DNA of 64,000 nucleotides from Treponemataceae bacterium (GTDB lineage: Bacteria > Spirochaetota > Spirochaetia > Treponematales > Rectinemataceae), in assembly GCA_963678065.2 (NCBI GenBank), contig CAXXVZ010000004.1, forward strand, positions 512,001-576,000. The letters are read 5' to 3'. Shown here in pieces: positions 8,862-19,004 of the stretch (the first letter of the stretch is position 1; each line of letters begins with the position of its first letter). The position numbers and the translations under genes are program-made. The notes under the pieces were generated by a model. It was not told where the DNA came from. It saw nothing but the letters and a program-made list of their open reading frames with translations, and did no database searches.

Positions 8862-10382
8862 TTACTTCGTGTAGACGAGATTGTCGTTCGTGACCACGCC
8901 GAGATACTTGACGTAGGCCATGAGGACTTCGGCGTCGCTCGGGAAGTCGTTGTAGGCCCTTCCGGCGAGCATGGTGTAGCCGTCGCCACCGTTCATGTCG
9001 AAGTTGGGCGCCGCGAAGACATAGGTCTTACCCGGATCGACGGGTTTGCCGCCGATCATGATGTCGGATACGCGATCGCCGACGGGCTTCGTCGCGTCGA
9101 GCTTGTAGGTCATGCCCGCGAAGTGGGGGAAACGGCCGTCGAGTGCGGGGAGCTTGCCCACGCCGACTTCGATGATGGCGTCGAAGTCGGAGCCCTTGAG
9201 CTTGGTGGTCTGGTAGTAGTTGCCGAAGGGAAGCACCGTGAAGATGTGCCTCTTGGTGATGTCACCAGCAGGGATGGAGTCGCGGATTCCGCCGCCGCCG
9301 ATCATGGATACATCGGCGCCAGTCACGTAGATGATGCTGTTGGCGATAAGAGTTCCGAGATTGGATGCCGACATCCGGACGATCTCGCGCTTGCCCTCGA
9401 GGGGGACTGCTGTCTTGCCGACAACCTGGGCGAGGATGGGATCCTGGTCTTTGGTCACCGATTTGATGAGGGCGGCGACTCCCGGATCGGAGGGGAGGTT
9501 CGGGGTCGAGGCAGGAATGGAAGATGCTGTCTTGGAAACGAGCTTGCGGTCGGTCCCGACGACGAGATCGACGACGCCCATGGAGATGCCGTTGGCATCC
9601 GAGCTGGTGATCAGGGTCTTGGTGGTGTTGATCGCCATCTCCTGCTTCAGGCTGGAATGGCTGTGTCCGTCGAGGATCACGTCGATCTCGGGGACGGCTT
9701 TGGCGATATCGTCGGCGATGATGTCGGTCGAGCCATCGATTCCGATGTGGGCGAGGCAGACGAGGACGTCGTACTTGCCTGCGAGCTCATAGGCGACAGC
9801 CTCGGCCTCGGTGGCGGGGTTCGTGAACACGACGCCCTCTATGCCCTTGGGATCGGTCTTGTAGGCCGTCTCCGGGGTCGCGAGGCCGAATATGGCGACG
9901 CGCACGCCGCCGACATTCTCGATGGCCCAGGGGGTGAAGAGGCGTTTCCCGTCCCTGTAGACATTGGCGGCGAGGATCTTGAATTTCTTCGCCTGCTTCT
10001 CAAGTTCGAGAAGGCGGCCGATGCCGTAGTTGTAGTCGTGGTTGCCGGTCGTCATGTAGCTATAGCCGGCCGCGTCCATGAGCTTCACGATGCTGGCGCC
10101 CTGCTCGAGATTGGCTATGGGAAGACCGTGCAGGGTATCGCCCACGTCGAGAAGGAGAACATTGGGATTGGTCGCCTTGAGCATGTTGACGTAGCCTGAG
10201 ATCCTGTTGTAGCCGAGTTCGGTCTTGCTCTCGACCGCCCGGGAGTGCATGTCGTTGGTGTGGACGATGGTGATCTTCACTTCGGCGGGAAGCGGGGCCA
10301 GGTCGGCCGCGGAAACGGCCATGACGCCGGCGACGAGGAAGGCCACCATCAGAAGGAAGATGGCACGCGGATTCTTGCGCAT
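8862..10382 (-). CDS. Secreted 5'-nucleotidase / UDP-sugar hydrolase family protein
   Basis: Signal peptide; HTNDMH, DVGD, GNHD, GHSH metallophosphoesterase motifs; C-terminal GGIR, LPFGN, GGDGY. RBS GGAGG before ATG 10382. Confidence 0.9.
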   Translation of the reverse strand: MRKNPRAIFLLMVAFLVAGVMAVSAADLAPLPAEVKITIVHTNDMHSRAVESKTELGYNRISGYVNMLKATNPNVLLLDVGDTLHGLPIANLEQGASIVKLMDAAGYSYMTTGNHDYNYGIGRLLELEKQAKKFKILAANVYRDGKRLFTPWAIENVGGVRVAIFGLATPETAYKTDPKGIEGVVFTNPATEAEAVAYELAGKYDVLVCLAHIGIDGSTDIIADDIAKAVPEIDVILDGHSHSSLKQEMAINTTKTLITSSDANGISMGVVDLVVGTDRKLVSKTASSIPASTPNLPSDPGVAALIKSVTKDQDPILAQVVGKTAVPLEGKREIVRMSASNLGTLIANSIIYVTGADVSMIGGGGIRDSIPAGDITKRHIFTVLPFGNYYQTTKLKGSDFDAIIEVGVGKLPALDGRFPHFAGMTYKLDATKPVGDRVSDIMIGGKPVDPGKTYVFAAPNFDMNGGDGYTMLAGRAYNDFPSDAEVLMAYVKYLGVVTNDNLVYTK

Positions 10383-10624
10383 TCTGGAACCTCCTTGAGA
10401 ACAATTGGGCTTTTGAATCGACAATTACATACTATAGACCCGCATCAGTTCCGGGACAAGCGAAAAACAGGTCCCTGACGGAAATTCAACAATCGACATA
10501 TCCCGCAGCGGGACGCGGGCATGAAATCCGCCCGCAGGTCGCGCTGTTGGTTTTCTGTATCCATCCACCCTCTATCCGTCGCCCATCCGCCGCCCCATGC
10601 ACTCCGTTTTTTCGCAACATCCCA

Positions 10625-10652
10625 TGACTAAACCGGTTAAGCATGCTATAAT
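10625..10652 (+). promoter_or_regulatory. Candidate LacI-type operator and extended -10 upstream of malQ
   Basis: TGACTAAACCGGTTAAGCA (central AACCGGTT palindrome) directly followed by TGCTATAAT. Confidence 0.5.
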
Positions 10653-10695
10653 GATCAATATTTGGTAACGATCAGACCCAGCACAGGGGGCAGTC

Positions 10696-12309
10696 ATGGA
10701 CATGCAGCGCGTTTCGGGGATACTCCTCCACCCCGCATCGATACCGGGGCCGGCCGGTATGGGCGACCTCGGTCCGTCGACGCATGATTTCCTCCGGAGC
10801 CTCGCGCAGGCCGGCCAGAGGCTCTGGCAAATCCTGCCTCTCGGTCCGACCGGCTACGGCGATTCGCCCTACGCGCCTTTCTCCTCCTTCGCGGGCAACG
10901 AGCTGCTCGTCAGCCTCGAACTGCTCGCGGCCGAGGGTCTCCTCGGCGCAGCGGAGATCAGAAATCCGGGTTTCCCGGAGGACAGGATAGACTATGGCGC
11001 GGTGATCGCCTGGAAACGCCCCCTCCTCGAGGCGGCGGCTGCGGCCTTCATGCGCGTGGCCGCCCCCTTCCGGAAAGTCGCCCTGCAGGGCTTCCTGGCC
11101 AGGGAGGCTTTCTGGCTCGAGGATTACGCGCTCTTCAGGGCGATCAAGGACGGGTACGACGCCAAGGCCGCGATGGAAGGCCGCGATGGAGCCATGTGGA
11201 ACAGCTACTGGCCGAAGGAGCTGGTGCTGCGCGGGAGCGCCGCCCTCGAGGCAGAAAGGCAGAGACGTTCCGCCGCCATCATGACCTACAAGATCCTGCA
11301 GTTCTTCTTCGCCGAACAGTGGAAGGCGACAAAGACGGTCGCAAAAGGACTTGGCATCTCGATAGTAGGCGACCTGCCCATCTTCGTCGCGGCCGATTCG
11401 GCCGACTTGTGGTCGCATCCGGAGCTCTTCGTGCTCGACGCCGACCGCCGACTCGTCGAGGTCGCGGGCGTCCCCCCAGACTATTTCGCCAAGGACGGGC
11501 AGCTCTGGGGCAACCCCCTCTACGACTGGGAGGCCAACCGGAAGGAAGGATATGCCTGGTGGATCAGCCGGATCGAGGCCGGTCTGCGGCGCCACGACAT
11601 CCTCAGGATAGACCATTTCCGCGGTTTCGAGGCCTATTTCGCCGTCCCCGCCGGAGCCCGCGACGCGAGGGGCGGAACCTGGCGCTCGGGTCCCGGACGC
11701 GAGCTCTTCGATGCGCTTGTCCGCGCTCACTCAGGCGAAGGCGCGGCGGCCAGCCTCCCCATCATCGCGGAAGACCTCGGTTTCATCACAGCCGGCGTGA
11801 GGGAACTCCGCGACGGGCTCGGATTCCCGGGGATGCGGATACTCCAGTTCGCCTTTGACGCCCACGAGAGCAGCGTCGCCTTCGACCCCGGGAACGGATT
11901 TCTCCCCCACAACTACCCGGAACATGCGGTCGTATACACCGGAACCCACGACAACAACACCGTGCGCGGCTGGTGGGAAGGTGCGTCGCGCGAGGAGCGG
12001 GACTACACGCGCAGGTACATGGGTGTATCCGTGGACGAAAGGTCGCAGGTCGGCCCCGACGCCTCCAGGATCATGCCATCCACGCATCCCGTCTCGGAGG
12101 CCTTCATCAGGGAAGCCATGAAATCCGTGGCATCCTGGGCCGTGATACCCATGCAGGATATCCTCGGTCTCGGCTCCGAGGCCAGGATAAACACGCCATC
12201 CACGCTCGGAGGAAACTGGACCTGGCGCATGGCACCGGGCAGTTTCGATGGGGTTCGGGCCGCCGAACTGAGGGAGATGACCCGGCTGTACGGCCGACTG
12301 CGGGCCTGA
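10696..12309 (+). CDS. malQ: 4-alpha-glucanotransferase (amylomaltase, GH77)
   Basis: GILLHP, WQILPLGP, SPY, GDLPIFV, GVPPDYF..GQLWGNPLY, RIDHFRG, IAEDLG, YTGTHDN. Confidence 0.96.
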   Translation: MDMQRVSGILLHPASIPGPAGMGDLGPSTHDFLRSLAQAGQRLWQILPLGPTGYGDSPYAPFSSFAGNELLVSLELLAAEGLLGAAEIRNPGFPEDRIDYGAVIAWKRPLLEAAAAAFMRVAAPFRKVALQGFLAREAFWLEDYALFRAIKDGYDAKAAMEGRDGAMWNSYWPKELVLRGSAALEAERQRRSAAIMTYKILQFFFAEQWKATKTVAKGLGISIVGDLPIFVAADSADLWSHPELFVLDADRRLVEVAGVPPDYFAKDGQLWGNPLYDWEANRKEGYAWWISRIEAGLRRHDILRIDHFRGFEAYFAVPAGARDARGGTWRSGPGRELFDALVRAHSGEGAAASLPIIAEDLGFITAGVRELRDGLGFPGMRILQFAFDAHESSVAFDPGNGFLPHNYPEHAVVYTGTHDNNTVRGWWEGASREERDYTRRYMGVSVDERSQVGPDASRIMPSTHPVSEAFIREAMKSVASWAVIPMQDILGLGSEARINTPSTLGGNWTWRMAPGSFDGVRAAELREMTRLYGRLRA

Positions 12310-12391
12310 ATCCGCGACAAGACGGGCCTCCGTCTTGCGGGAGCGGAACCCCGATGTTCAAGTCCGCGATTCCTGCTATCATCGCTCCGAA

Positions 12392-14524
12392 ATGAGTCAT
12401 TCCACCCACCTCCGACCCTACCTCGCGGCGGTTTCTGCCTGTCTGTGCCTGCTCGCCGGGTTCTTTCTGATTCCTCGCCCGCTCCAGGCGGGCGATGGCG
12501 CCGGCACATCCGCGGCGTCTCCCCGCACGGCTGTTTCGCGCGACTCCGAGCCGCTCCCATCTATTCTGGCCGGATTCGACACCGGACTGTACCGGATTGC
12601 AGGGGAAGGGCGGCAGGTCGAGGCTCTCTGGACGGGCGGTGAGGTCCGCAAGATCGTTCCGATCTCCGGAGGGGGGTATTTTCTCGCATCCTCGGGAATC
12701 TTCCGTTACTTCACCGACGGCAGCGTCGAAGAGAGATCGGGAGGACTGCCGATCCACAGCTTCAAGTCCCTCAGCGGAGGGGTGAAATCGATGGAGAAAC
12801 GGAGGATCGAACTGAGGGATCTGGCCGTGGATCCGGCCGATCCACTGTCCCTCGCGACGGCCACCTCGAACGGAATCTTCCTTTCTAAAGACGGCGGTAT
12901 CAGCTGGACCTCTTTCGGATTTCCCGCCTCTTCGCCCGGAGCCAAGGCCCTCGCCTTTGCCCCCTTCCCGGGCTCGAGGGAAAAGGCTCTCTGGTTCTCT
13001 CAGCCGATAAAAGGCGTCTTCGTCAGGAAAATCCTGGCCGGCTCGGCCTGGACAGCCTGCAATCAGGGGTTGCCGCGTCTCTCCGCCACGACAATGGATG
13101 AAATCTCCGGATTTGTGGCGGGACCGGATGCGCTCTACGCTGCGACAACTTTCTCCGGAAAAATTTTCCGTTTCGACGACCGGACAATGAGCTTCGGGCC
13201 CGTCTTCGACGCCCGGGACGAGTACTGCATCATCGAATCTCCCGTGACGGCCGGAGATGGCGCGATCCGCTATCTGAGCGCGGATGGAATCCATATCCTC
13301 GTCCCCGGCCGCAGTTCCTCCGGGGCTCCCGCGGCCTCAGCGCTGGACGGTCCTGTCGTGACACTCGTCCGGGAGGCCTTGGACGCCCTGCCCGAAGCCT
13401 CGCTCAACTGCGTGTCTTTCATGCAAGGAGAAAAGAATATCGCGCTTTCAGAACTCTGGATGCTTCATCAGCCGGCTTTCAAGCCGCACAGGCAGGAGGC
13501 GGAGAAGCGCGACGGCCTGTACCTCCAGACAGGATTCGTCCTGTCGCCGAAGGATCGCGCGGCGCGATTCGACACGCTGAAGGCCAAAGGCCTCGGAGCC
13601 CTCGTCGTCGACGCGAAGGACGATTCCGGAAAACTCAGGTTCAAACCCAGGGCAGCTTCGCTTCAGAGCGCCGGCTCGGTCGCCGATCCTTTCGACTTGG
13701 AAGAGTTCACAAAGGAAGCGCGCGCGCGCGGCCTGTATCTCATCGCGAGGATCGTCGTATTCAAAGACGAGGCCCTCTGGCGTAAGTCGAACGGCCGCTA
13801 CTCCATCCGCGACGCTGCTTCAGGCGCGGCCTGGCAAGGATACAGGACGGTACGCAAGGATGCACAGTCCGCACCGGAGCGCAAGGCCATCGGCGAGTAC
13901 TGGGTCGATCCCTACTCCGAGGAAGTCTGGAAATACAATGTCGATATCGCCGACGAAATGATCTCGCGCGGTTTCGACGAGATCCAGTTCGACTACATCC
14001 GCTTCCCCACGGACGGCGAGAATCTCGACAAGGCCGTCTACAGTTGGGCCGATCCCGGCATGGACGCCGAGAGCGCCCTCATCTCCTTCCTCGCCTACGC
14101 CCGGGAGAATATAGACGCGCCCATCAGCGTCGATATATACGGCTCGAATGGCTGGTACCGCTCGGGCATCAAGACCGGCCAGGACGTCGAACTGTTCTCC
14201 CGCTACGTCGACGCGATCTGTCCCATGTTCTACCCCTCGCACTTCGAGCAGGGATTCCAGGCCGATCCGCCGGCCGCAGACCGACCCTACCGTATCTACC
14301 GCATGGGTTCCCTCCGGAACCGCCATTTTGCCCGCGGTGCCGCGATCATCCGGCCCTGGGTACAGTCCTTCTATCTGGATGTCTCCTACGACCGCGAGTA
14401 CTACAACACGGAGTATGTCCGGAAAGAAGTTCTCGGTATCAGGGACTCGACCGCAGACGGCATGACGTTCTGGAACAATGTCGGCAGGTACGACGAAGTG
14501 CCCGCCGGCTTGCCCTCGCACTGA
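12392..14524 (+). CDS. Exported putative glycoside hydrolase (DUF4015-like TIM barrel) with N-terminal beta-propeller-like region
   Basis: N-terminal hydrophobic segment; S.DGG.SW Asp-box; VVDAKDDSG, IARIVVFKD, WVDPY, GFDEIQFDYIRFP, ICPMFYPSHF. Start uncertain. Confidence 0.75.
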   Translation: MSHSTHLRPYLAAVSACLCLLAGFFLIPRPLQAGDGAGTSAASPRTAVSRDSEPLPSILAGFDTGLYRIAGEGRQVEALWTGGEVRKIVPISGGGYFLASSGIFRYFTDGSVEERSGGLPIHSFKSLSGGVKSMEKRRIELRDLAVDPADPLSLATATSNGIFLSKDGGISWTSFGFPASSPGAKALAFAPFPGSREKALWFSQPIKGVFVRKILAGSAWTACNQGLPRLSATTMDEISGFVAGPDALYAATTFSGKIFRFDDRTMSFGPVFDARDEYCIIESPVTAGDGAIRYLSADGIHILVPGRSSSGAPAASALDGPVVTLVREALDALPEASLNCVSFMQGEKNIALSELWMLHQPAFKPHRQEAEKRDGLYLQTGFVLSPKDRAARFDTLKAKGLGALVVDAKDDSGKLRFKPRAASLQSAGSVADPFDLEEFTKEARARGLYLIARIVVFKDEALWRKSNGRYSIRDAASGAAWQGYRTVRKDAQSAPERKAIGEYWVDPYSEEVWKYNVDIADEMISRGFDEIQFDYIRFPTDGENLDKAVYSWADPGMDAESALISFLAYARENIDAPISVDIYGSNGWYRSGIKTGQDVELFSRYVDAICPMFYPSHFEQGFQADPPAADRPYRIYRMGSLRNRHFARGAAIIRPWVQSFYLDVSYDREYYNTEYVRKEVLGIRDSTADGMTFWNNVGRYDEVPAGLPSH

Positions 14525-14595
14525 GAGGCGGCTATGCTGTCGGTTTGAGGCTCCGCGGACCGGAAAAATGACCGGACCGCTCCAGGGGGAACGCG

Positions 14596-15879
14596 ATGAC
14601 GAAAAAAAACAGGAATTCGCTGGTGCTATCGGGACTGGCCGCCGTCGTCTTCATCGGCATGGTCCTCTACCTCCTCGGCCTCCAGGGCATGAAGGGGCTC
14701 TTCACCTGGTATATCCGGATTCCGCTCGTTCCCGTGGCCGTCGCAGTCGCCCTTCCAGTGCTGCTCGCCCTCGCCGAACTCCTGTTGCGCGACGGATCAG
14801 GCATCGCGGCGAAGATCCTCCGCTGGCTCTCCCGCATCGGCGCCATCCTTGTCATGCTCGTCGCCTGCGGAGTCTTCGGATACCTGTATTTCACGCCCCG
14901 TTCCGGGCGGATCGATCCTGCGAGGCTCAACCTGATCGAGCCGGCTTCCGGCATCGCGCCGAAAAGCGCGGCCGCCGCTCCGGGTGGCGCCGCCACAGGC
15001 AATGCCGCTTCGGTCAGCGCCGGTACAAGCGGCACAGCCGCCGGCGCCGTGGCTTCCGTCATCCGCATATCCCTCAGTTCCGACGCCCACTGGGGCAAGG
15101 CGAACGCGAACGCGGCCGCCCGCGAATCGATCCTGAAGGGGATCGCCTCCGCCAGCCCCGCGCGCGACGCATTTTTCCTCCTCGGCGACAATGTCGAGCT
15201 CGGCATGGAGACAGTTCAGTGGAAGTCCGAAATCGCCGATCTCGAGCGTCTGATTCCCACCCTGCCCTTCCGTCCCCTCCTCGGGAACCACGACGCCATC
15301 GCGGGCGGAGAGTACAACTTCAGGCGGGCATTCTTTCCCGCGGGCATGAAGAGCGATTCGGGATCTCCTTACTATTATTCGGTCAAAGTCGGCGAAGCGA
15401 CATTCGTCGTGCTGAATCTTCCCTGGGGAACCGAGAATTACGACAGCCGCCAGGCAGCCTGGCTCGAAAAGACTCTGGCCGCCATCCCTCAGGAAAAGCC
15501 TGTCATCGTCCTCTCGCACAGCTACTTCTACGCATCGGGCTACAATGATCCAAGAACCGGGGTGCCGTGGTTCGACCATCCCGAAAACATTCCCGCCATC
15601 AGCCCCATCCTCGAGAAGTACAAAGTCGACCTCGTCGTCTCCGGGCACAACCATTATATGGAGCTTCTCGCCAAAAACGGCGTGGCCTACGCGGTGATCG
15701 GCTCCATGGGCGGTATCCCCGACCCGGTGCCGTCGTACACATCGCCCGCTTCGCTCTGGTTCAGACAGGGCGGCTTCGGCTGGCTCGACCTCGACATCGA
15801 CGCCACCTCCATCAAGCTCACATTCCGGGACGAACATGGGACCGAACTGAAAACGGCGACCCTCCCCACGGCGCGCTGA
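14596..15879 (+). CDS. Membrane-anchored calcineurin-like metallophosphoesterase
   Basis: Three N-terminal TM segments, Ala/Gly-rich linker, SDAH, GDNV, GNHD, SGHNH motifs. Confidence 0.85.
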   Translation: MTKKNRNSLVLSGLAAVVFIGMVLYLLGLQGMKGLFTWYIRIPLVPVAVAVALPVLLALAELLLRDGSGIAAKILRWLSRIGAILVMLVACGVFGYLYFTPRSGRIDPARLNLIEPASGIAPKSAAAAPGGAATGNAASVSAGTSGTAAGAVASVIRISLSSDAHWGKANANAAARESILKGIASASPARDAFFLLGDNVELGMETVQWKSEIADLERLIPTLPFRPLLGNHDAIAGGEYNFRRAFFPAGMKSDSGSPYYYSVKVGEATFVVLNLPWGTENYDSRQAAWLEKTLAAIPQEKPVIVLSHSYFYASGYNDPRTGVPWFDHPENIPAISPILEKYKVDLVVSGHNHYMELLAKNGVAYAVIGSMGGIPDPVPSYTSPASLWFRQGGFGWLDLDIDATSIKLTFRDEHGTELKTATLPTAR

Positions 15880-16071
15880 CCGCACCGCACTCTTCGCCCA
15901 GTCATCGTTTCCGGCAGAATGCCGGAGGCGGCCATCGGACAGCTCCGAGCCTCCCCATCCGTGATCTCGTGGTTTGTCCATGGCCTGTCCGCTTTCGACA
16001 GGCCTCGATTTACTCGATCGCGCGGGATTAAAAGCGCGGGGTTAAAAAGAGCGAATCCGGAAAGAAAAAAT

Positions 16072-16126
16072 TTGACAAACCGAAAATGTCATGTATTAAT
16101 ACTACATGTTGTGTTTTATTACTACA
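16072..16126 (+). promoter_or_regulatory. TRAP operon promoter with two tandem HexR/RpiR-type boxes
   Basis: TTGACA 16072-16077. TGTATTAATACTACA 16092-16106 and TGTTTTATTACTACA 16112-16126 are 20 bp apart and cover the -10/+1 region. Confidence 0.75.
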
Positions 16127-16142
16127 TTTTATGGAGGTTGTC

Positions 16143-17129
16143 ATGAATAGGAGATCCATAGCAGCGCTCGTCCTCGGGCTGGCGGCCACGTCCTTCGCAT
16201 TCGCCCAGAGCGGCAAGATCGTCATCAAGGTCGGATACGGTACGGCCGGGGGCCCCATCCACGAAGCGGCAGTCGAGTTCGAAAAGCGCGTCGAAAAGGC
16301 GAATCCCGCCATCGATGTCCAGATTTTCCCGGGCGGACAGCTCGGCTCCGAGGGAGAGATCATCGGCCAGCTCCAGACCGGCATGACCGACATGCTCCCC
16401 ACCACGACCGGCGCCCTCGGGCAGCAGAACCCGATCTACTTCGTCCTCGAGACGCCCTTCGTCTTCCTCGACGAAGAGCAGGCGGACAAGGTCCTCGACG
16501 GCCCCGTCGGCATGAAGTTCCTGAAAGGCTTGGAGTCCAAGGGACTCATCGGCCTCGCATTCTGGGAGAACGGCTTCCGCGAGATGTCGAACAATGTCCG
16601 TCCCATCAAGGCACCCGCCGACCTCAAGGGACTCAAGATGCGCACCCAGCAGAATCGCCTGCACATCAAGTATTTCACCGACCTCGGCTCGAGCCCTACG
16701 CCGATGGCCTTCACCGAGATCTACAACGCCCTCGCGACCAAAGTCGTGGATGGCCAGGAGAACCCCTACTCCCTCATCGCGACGAACAAATTCTACGAGC
16801 AACAGAAGTATGTCTCCCAGACTGACCACGTCTACTCCGCCGTTCCCGTCTTCTTCTCGAAGGCCAGATGGGACAAGCTCCCCGCCGACGTCCAGAAACT
16901 CGTCAGAGACACCGTCTACGACCTCCGCCTCTGGGAGCGCCAGCGCGGACGCGACATGCAGAAAGACTACATCGCCGAAATTTCCAAAAAGTCACAGGTC
17001 GGCATCCTGACGACCGCCGAAAAAGCCGCGTTCCAGAGAGCGGCCGCACCGGCCTACGCCTGGGCCAAAAAAGAATACGGCGCGGTCTACGAAAACCTCC
17101 TCGACGAAGTCCTCGAAGCCGCAAAATAA
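16143..17129 (+). CDS. dctP: TRAP transporter substrate-binding protein
   Basis: Signal peptide; FPGGQLG, ENGFR, DLKGLKMR (conserved carboxylate-binding Arg), EIYNAL..VVDGQENP. Confidence 0.93.
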   Translation: MNRRSIAALVLGLAATSFAFAQSGKIVIKVGYGTAGGPIHEAAVEFEKRVEKANPAIDVQIFPGGQLGSEGEIIGQLQTGMTDMLPTTTGALGQQNPIYFVLETPFVFLDEEQADKVLDGPVGMKFLKGLESKGLIGLAFWENGFREMSNNVRPIKAPADLKGLKMRTQQNRLHIKYFTDLGSSPTPMAFTEIYNALATKVVDGQENPYSLIATNKFYEQQKYVSQTDHVYSAVPVFFSKARWDKLPADVQKLVRDTVYDLRLWERQRGRDMQKDYIAEISKKSQVGILTTAEKAAFQRAAAPAYAWAKKEYGAVYENLLDEVLEAAK

Positions 17130-17210
17130 CCTGATTCCCCTTATTCCCGGCATGGCGCCGGCCCCGACACATGTCGGGCACCGGCGCCCGCCGCAACTCA
17201 GGAGCTTTCC

Positions 17211-17702
17211 ATGTCAGAAAATCCGGAACCCCGGATCGCGTGGCCCAAGAAAATCGAATATGCTGTCCTCACCATCCTCGGCGTAGCCGCCACCCTCATC
17301 ATGTTCGGCAACGCGGTTTCCCGCTACGTCTTCGGAAAGACCTACGTCTGGGCCGAGGAAGTCATCCGCATGATCTTCGTCTGCGGCATGTTCATCGCCA
17401 TAACCACGGCTTTCTTCCGCAACGAGCACATCGGCTTCGACAACTTCTCCAAGAAAAAAAGTCCCCTCAACCTTGTCTACCGCCTCACCTACTCCCTGTG
17501 CCTGATCGCTGTCGGCGGAATCCTCGCCGTCTACGGCTACCGCTACAACGCGCTCACCGGTTCGGTCCCTTTGGCCGCGACCAACCTGCCGGCCGCCATC
17601 TTTATGTGGCCCGGCATCATCGCCGGAGCCACCTGGGCCCTCCTCGGCATCTGGCGCCTCATCAGGATCTTCATCGGTCGGTCAGAAGGAAAGGTAACAT
17701 GA
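17211..17702 (+). CDS. dctQ: TRAP transporter small permease
   Basis: Four TM segments; RYVF...WAEEV.R, HIGFD; lies between dctP and dctM. Confidence 0.88.
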   Translation: MSENPEPRIAWPKKIEYAVLTILGVAATLIMFGNAVSRYVFGKTYVWAEEVIRMIFVCGMFIAITTAFFRNEHIGFDNFSKKKSPLNLVYRLTYSLCLIAVGGILAVYGYRYNALTGSVPLAATNLPAAIFMWPGIIAGATWALLGIWRLIRIFIGRSEGKVT

Positions 17703-18982
17703 GCACACTCATCCTCTATCTCGTTCTCTTCGGCATCCTCTTCACCGTCGGGGCGCCCGTCGTGCTCTCCCTCGCGGCGGCCGCTGTCGTCATGCTCCTC
17801 ATAAACGGCCTCGACCTCATGATATTCGCCCAGAAGTTCATGGTCTCGATGGACAACTTCGGCCTCACGGCCATGCTCTTCTTCATCCTCGCCGGCGAAA
17901 TCATGAATGGCGGCGGCATGACGAGGCGCATCGTGGCGGCGGTCTCCCGCCTCGTCAAAGGCATACCCGGCGGACTCGCCATCATCACCCTGGTGTCCTG
18001 CGCCCTCTTCGCGGCCATCAACGGCTCGGCCATCGCAACGGCCCTCGCCATCGGCGCCATCATGTACCCGGCCATGGTCAAGCAGGGCTACTCTCCGGCG
18101 TTCTCGGCCGCGACCATAGCGGCTGGCGGCATCATCGGTCCCATCATTCCACCCTCCATCCCCATGATCGTCTACGGATCGACCACAGGTGACTCCGTCG
18201 CAGCCCTGTTCACGGGCGGATTCATCATCGGCATCATCATGACGCTCGGCGAGGTCATCGTCGCCTATTTCGTGTCGAAAAAACGCGGCTACGGCGTCAA
18301 TGTTCCCGAGATCGATTTCGGCAACACGAAGGGAATAGCCTGGGCACTCGTATTTCCCGTTCTCATAATGGTCTTCATAACGGCGGGCATCATGACGCCC
18401 ACCGAAACCTCCGCCATGGCCGTCGTCTACGCCTGGTTCGTGGGTACCTTCATCTACAAGGAGTTCAAGATGAAGGAGTTGCCGGTCATGATGGTCCGGG
18501 CCATGAAAAGTTCTGGCGCGGTCATGGCGATCGTCGGCGCAGCCTCGGCGGTGGCCTGGATTCTCACCTACGCCCGCGTTCCCCAGCAAGTCACGGAAGT
18601 CATGGTCTCGACCATCAGATCTCCCGTCGTGTTCATGAGCGTGACATTCGGCATCCTTTTCGTGGTGGGCACGATAATGGACCTCACTCCGGCCATCCTC
18701 ATACTGACGCCCATATTCGTGGGTCCGGTCGCGGCCTTCCACGTCGATCCCATCTACTTCGGCGTCTTCTTCTGCGCGACGCTGACTGCCGGCCTCATCA
18801 CGCCGCCCGTCGGGACCCTCATCTACCTCGGATGCTCCATGTCGAACAGCTCACTCGGCGAGGTCGTGAAAGAGCTCCTGCCCTTCATCGTGGCAGTCTA
18901 CGCCGCCCTCTTCCTGTCGGTGATATTCCCGGACATCGTCACCTTCCTGCCCAAAACGGTGTTCCACCTGTACGGTGGCTGA
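17699..18982 (+). CDS. dctM: TRAP transporter large permease
   Basis: FFILAGEIM..GG, GSAIAT, IIPPSIPMIVY, TPTE, GLITPPVG. ATGA overlap with the dctQ stop. Confidence 0.93.
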   Translation: MSTLILYLVLFGILFTVGAPVVLSLAAAAVVMLLINGLDLMIFAQKFMVSMDNFGLTAMLFFILAGEIMNGGGMTRRIVAAVSRLVKGIPGGLAIITLVSCALFAAINGSAIATALAIGAIMYPAMVKQGYSPAFSAATIAAGGIIGPIIPPSIPMIVYGSTTGDSVAALFTGGFIIGIIMTLGEVIVAYFVSKKRGYGVNVPEIDFGNTKGIAWALVFPVLIMVFITAGIMTPTETSAMAVVYAWFVGTFIYKEFKMKELPVMMVRAMKSSGAVMAIVGAASAVAWILTYARVPQQVTEVMVSTIRSPVVFMSVTFGILFVVGTIMDLTPAILILTPIFVGPVAAFHVDPIYFGVFFCATLTAGLITPPVGTLIYLGCSMSNSSLGEVVKELLPFIVAVYAALFLSVIFPDIVTFLPKTVFHLYGG

Positions 18983-19004
18983 TCCGCCTTTAGGAGAACG
19001 GACC

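Noticed and set aside
16020..16047. Short direct repeat GCGCGGG(A/G)TTAAAA x2 upstream of the TRAP promoter
   Set aside because: Only two 14-bp copies with no second occurrence noticed; too weak to call a binding site.
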